A DNA stretch of 64,000 nucleotides. Origin: Eledone cirrhosa (Eukaryota). The translations under genes were made by a program, and so were the position numbers. The first letter of the stretch is position 1. Every line of letters starts with the position of its first letter. The stretch is from positions 328,414,001-328,478,000 of the forward strand of contig OZ024740.1 of assembly GCA_964016885.1 (NCBI GenBank), in the 5' to 3' direction. Below, one piece after another: positions 59,199-64,000 of this stretch. The notes under the pieces are model-generated. The model searched no databases. It was given only the letters and a program-made list of their open reading frames with translations, and had not been told where the DNA came from.

Positions 59199-59528
59199 AT
59201 TATTTCTGAAGACAGCATATATATGTGAAGGTATGTATATTCCCTCTGATAGTTTGTATAAATATTGTACATAGATCTATATAATATACATACCAACTCT
59301 AACACATATATATCCTAGAAACGATCGTAAAATAATGAATTTTTTTTAATATAAGGAACTGTTTCTTTGTTTATTCATTATTTTTTTAATAATTTATCTT
59401 GACTCTGTTTTCCGTTTATTTTTCACCGAAAGTAGTTTTTGAATGCATCTTCTCTTTTCATGATATCCGGATTACATTGAGTTCTTTATACGGATTGGAG
59501 ACTACCGTAAACTTTTGGTAGATTTATC

Positions 59529-59818
<290 letters not shown>

Positions 59819-60149
59819 TGTGTGTGCGTGTGTGTGTGACGTTTGTATGCCCAAACGAAGGAAAGATTACTTAATACATGAAAATATATTTTATTTGATA
59901 AAAATAAATGAATCATCAGCTTCGAACATCAACACGTAATCCTATCAAAATAATAAAATTCCCTTAAATTTGAAGCTGGGTAAAATGATAAAAATTTTAA
60001 ACTCCGACCATTACCAAAGTGAAGTAACATATTACGGACGCATCACCCTACTATAGAAATTCTAATTTACATCACTGCACTTTCTCAATCTCTATATCAC
60101 AACACGGATTTAGACTACCCCACTCAAATACCATACTACTTACAAACTT

Positions 60150-60950
60150 AACATAGATAATATATGATGGCTTCAACTATTGAAAGCCTCCCACGCATAA
60201 CGTTCTAGTCACCGTTGAAATTCATCTTACTTCTTCGCTATCAACAACTTCTCACCACCATCTTGAAAATAATATAAAACACAGGCTATCAAATTTTCTG
60301 CCTTGTCACAAAGCCTATGAAAGGAGCGACAATATCTCCAGACCCAGCAATTTTCTGAATGTAGACATGCGACCTCTGACCCATGTTTTCAACCTATATC
60401 TTCACATTTCCGCACTATTGCAATATATATGGACAGACTCGTACAAGTATGACATCATATTCACATCCAACCACCATTCTCCGGACACTGCTACAAAACT
60501 ACTTAAATCACTGGAAAATTCGGCTTCCCAATAACAAGTCCATTGTCTCTTTTCTTAAAAGGAACACTAGAGAACATCAAATATAACCATCATCACAATC
60601 AAAAGCATAAACATACTACGCACAAGAAACGAAAACTTCAAGAGGTTACATGGAACACCTACACAATATTCACAGCACATTTTGAAAGCATATAAAGAAA
60701 ACAAAATGACACACATACATGGAACGATCAGGGTTAAATCTTTCAGTCAATAATATAAACAATAATGATGGTATAAAAGCAATAAATTAAATCTACCATG
60801 GGCTATAGTAGTCCTGCTTGGGCAACAAATCTCTCCACAAATCCCAATACACTACAAAAACATCAAACTGGGCACTAAGTATCATAACGAAACACTCATT
60901 CTAAAATGGAATACAATCTGTACATGCCAAGAACACAGATTTATTTATTT
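60150..60950 (+). pseudogene. Very decayed LINE RT C-terminal fragment (Jockey/CR1/I-like); mirror ~52900-53700 (-)
   Basis: LQNYLNHWKIRLPNNKS and KSTMGYSSPAWATNLS...LQ resemble late RT-domain motifs. Confidence 0.4.
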
Positions 60951-61526
60951 TGTTTTGTTTTGCCAAAGCAAGCCTCAAGATGAACAAAAACACCTCTAGA
61001 CATAGACATAAATGCATGCAGATTCTAAAAAAAATAGAACATCCTAAACGTAGTATCTCACCCATTCATTCCGTCGGTGTGTGCAGTGTGTTCTTTATGT
61101 AGAGACGCTTTTGACATAATTATTATGATAGGCCTTTTGAATCATGTTTAATCTTTCGTTTGTCTTATTCGTGACACAGGACTGATTCATCAGAGTTGAC
61201 ATTGGGTTACGTGGCAATATCAACAATAAAATGGGTTGCAAAGGCAATGTTAGAAGATGAACAGTCTTAAAAGAAAGGACTAGAAAGAGAAGTTATTCTG
61301 GCTGTGAGAAGACTATACTGATTGAAATTGGGTGGAAGTGGTATACAATTATCTAAATATCTGTATCTTAATATGGGCCTTTGTGTGCAGGCATGTGTTA
61401 AGCTTACCCCATATACACAATCAAATAAAAAAAAGTGGGTTTCTATAGTAAACCTGAAATATCTATCACCAACTTATGACTAATACCTGTTAGAGGGAAA
61501 ATCAAATGCACACACACACACACACA

Positions 61527-61594
<68 letters not shown>

Positions 61595-61769
61595 CTCCCA
61601 GTATATAGTTACAAGTCCTTATAAGTTACTTAAGAACGTTACATTAATAAGTGATGTGTATTTTGATGATTCACAAGTTAAAGTTATTGAAATTACCAAA
61701 TCATTTTCTCTCGTGTGTGACATTCCTAACATAATTGGAATACATTATGACAGTCTTGTCAATTTTCAC

Positions 61770-62650
61770 GAACATCTACCTCTCTCTGCCTGTCTGTATA
61801 AGGGCGACGACATGCTCGGAGAGACTCTGGGCGTCGAAGACGATGAGCTCACCAGTCTGTTTGGTAGGACTTTCCGCCCGGGACCTATGGACAATTCCCA
61901 GAGGTCCGTGGCCTGGCAGTGCTACCGAGAAGTTCTACCAGTTCGTGACAAGATCTACAGGCACGGACGCCCCGACAGGGATCCTTCCAAGAGGACGTGT
62001 CCAAGATGCGCGCAGGACATTGAAACCGTCCTGCACGCAATTGTACACTGCCCGGGCGTAACCGACTTGTGGAACTATGCAGAACAACTGCTGTTGCGTA
62101 TGGGACAAATCTAGTTGACTGTCGAGTCCATAGTAAGGATCAAATCGCCAGCCTCTTTCAAAAACGAAAGAGAGGCGGTTTTCCTCTGTACAGTGGCTAT
62201 AGTGAAAGAGGTTATATGGTGGACGAGATTGAGAGGACAGAGGACAGATGCCTTTCTCTCCGGACAACAATTGATTCCCTTCTTTAAGTATCACTTTAGA
62301 AGGAGAACCAGAGTGGAGAGAGAGGCACTGCACCCCAGTAAATTTACTGAAAGGTAGGTGAATGTGGAAAAAATGGCCCGAGTGATTGTGCCTTCTCTGT
62401 TTATAAGCCTGTAGGTTAAAGAAGAGAGCAAAAGGAAGAAGGGTGCACTTGCGCAACACGCTCCTGAAGCTGAGGGTTGTTCTATCGACGGGGTATTAAA
62501 CAACCCATTTGTGACGCTTCTCTCCTATTGGGGATTTCGATTGTTATAATTGTTTGTTTTATATTTTTACACGACTGTATGTAAAATCCCCGGCATGTTT
62601 TTGTATTGTCCCCTTTTCTTGTGCGCCCTTGTGGCAAATAAAGAAATCTA
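61770..62650 (+). pseudogene. L1/Tx1-type LINE 3' fragment (zf-RVT domain + 3' UTR)
   Basis: RSVAWQCYREVLPVRDKIYRHG...TCPRCAQDIETVLHAIVHCP...LW, ending CCTTGTGGCAAATAAAGAAAT. Confidence 0.85.
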
Positions 62651-63641
62651 TATATCTGTCCGCCTGTCTTCCCCAGCCCACACCAATCTCCGCTCGATCA
62701 GTTTCGCCATAACCTTATTACATTAAGCATAGACTCTACAATATATATATGTATGCATACATATTAGGCATTTGCCAGTACTGAGTCCCACATCAATGAA
62801 TGTTAGTTGCTATTTACGATTCTATAAATTAATAGACCAACCGTTTTGCTGAGCATTTGAGGGACATACGACTTGGTTTGGATACTCCCATTGCCCGTCA
62901 TTTCCGTTCTCCTGGTCACTCTTCCCTACATGTCTCAGTCCTGGGTGTCAGAGGCCTCGCGCACCAGAACTAAACAGAGTCTTATTTACCGCCTTAGGTC
63001 CTGTTTCCCTCTGGGCTCAACTCTTTCTTTAATACCACAATTTCTTTAATACCCTGTCCGTTATCACACACACGCGCTTGTACATTCACCCCTAGATTCC
63101 TATGGCTCTCTTATGGTCAGAAACATATACTCTTACAGCTAATACAGACCAACAAAATGCGCGCACTCTACTTTTCCCTTTACAGCTCTGTATGCACATA
63201 CCCTTATATGAATATACTTTTGCTCATAGGTTCGTACTTAGAAGCACATACACACTCTTTTACTGACACATACACACACATATCCTCTTAGCTTCGTATG
63301 GCCGTATAATGACACAAACACACGCACACAAGTATAACTCTTTATACAAAACGTTTTTTTCCATTTCAGGTAGACGCGCTCCATCATCCAGTTTTCTAAA
63401 AAATATATATCTCATACACAAAACGCCAGCATCAACAGTTTTTTTAATATATATATATATATATATATAATCAAGTTTAAGTGAATTGATAATAGAACCA
63501 TATAAAGGCAAATAAAATTTAAATTTAAAGCTCAATATGATTTTATAGTCCATAGCAAGATAAACAGTTCAAAATTTAATCCAATGGATATATTCCAATC
63601 GCAGTAATGTTATGATCTCACAGAGCATTTATACCTGTATC

Positions 63642-63930
63642 TTTCTTCTTCTTCTTCTTCTTCTTGGGACGCTAGTGGAGACAGAGTCCTGAAGCACGCC
63701 TTCCAATGGGTCCTGTCAGCAGCAAACAAACGTCTAGATCCCCAAACAAGACCAGCTGAGCTCACAGATGTTATCCGACAATCTTTCTCGCGGTTTACCC
63801 CTGGGTCTCATGTGGGTTGGTTTTTACTCGTAAAATTTCCCCAGCGATTCTTTCATGAAACATTCTAATCCCATGTCCAAAATATCAGAGCTCCCAGATG
63901 TTTGGTTTTATGTCCAAATTAGAAACTATT
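63642..63930 (-). pseudogene. Decayed RTE LINE 3' end with (AAG)n tail
   Basis: Minus strand YFGH...RPRGKPR...ADRTHW-like motifs followed by (GAA)n. Confidence 0.55.
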
Positions 63931-64000
63931 GTTATAGTTTAGCCCCAATAAGGCTGTGGAGTGGTAGTATTGGTAGAGCGCTGAAAAAATGATTGCGGGA

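Overview
AT-rich, microsatellite-dense metazoan DNA made almost entirely of repeats. The SINE/LINE/(TA)n content resembles octopus/cephalopod genomes; this is an inference. No host protein-coding gene is supported, and the many YI/HT/CV-repeat ORFs are microsatellite translations. The window holds two near-complete Penelope-like elements (PLEs): a Hydra-type RT+GIY-YIG at 27.6-29.9 kb (+) and a Neptune/Nematis-type at 32.2-35.15 kb (-). It also has at least five PLE fragments, a nearly intact RTE LINE with a PHD finger (45.3-48.4 kb, -), decayed RTE/BovB, RLE-type and Tx1 LINEs, and tRNA-derived SINEs. Two structures not shown by the ORF track stand out. (1) About 20 type I hammerhead ribozyme (HHR) motifs, folded by eye, including one in each unit of a 5 x 466-bp tandem array at 15.0-17.35 kb (a retrozyme/circRNA-like element) and a subfamily with a ~50-105-nt stem II. 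(2) A nested fold-back architecture in which PLEs, pLTRs and the HHR array sit at the centre of inverted duplications of 0.03-3.7 kb that include flanking DNA. All folding and alignment was done by eye, so boundaries are approximate.
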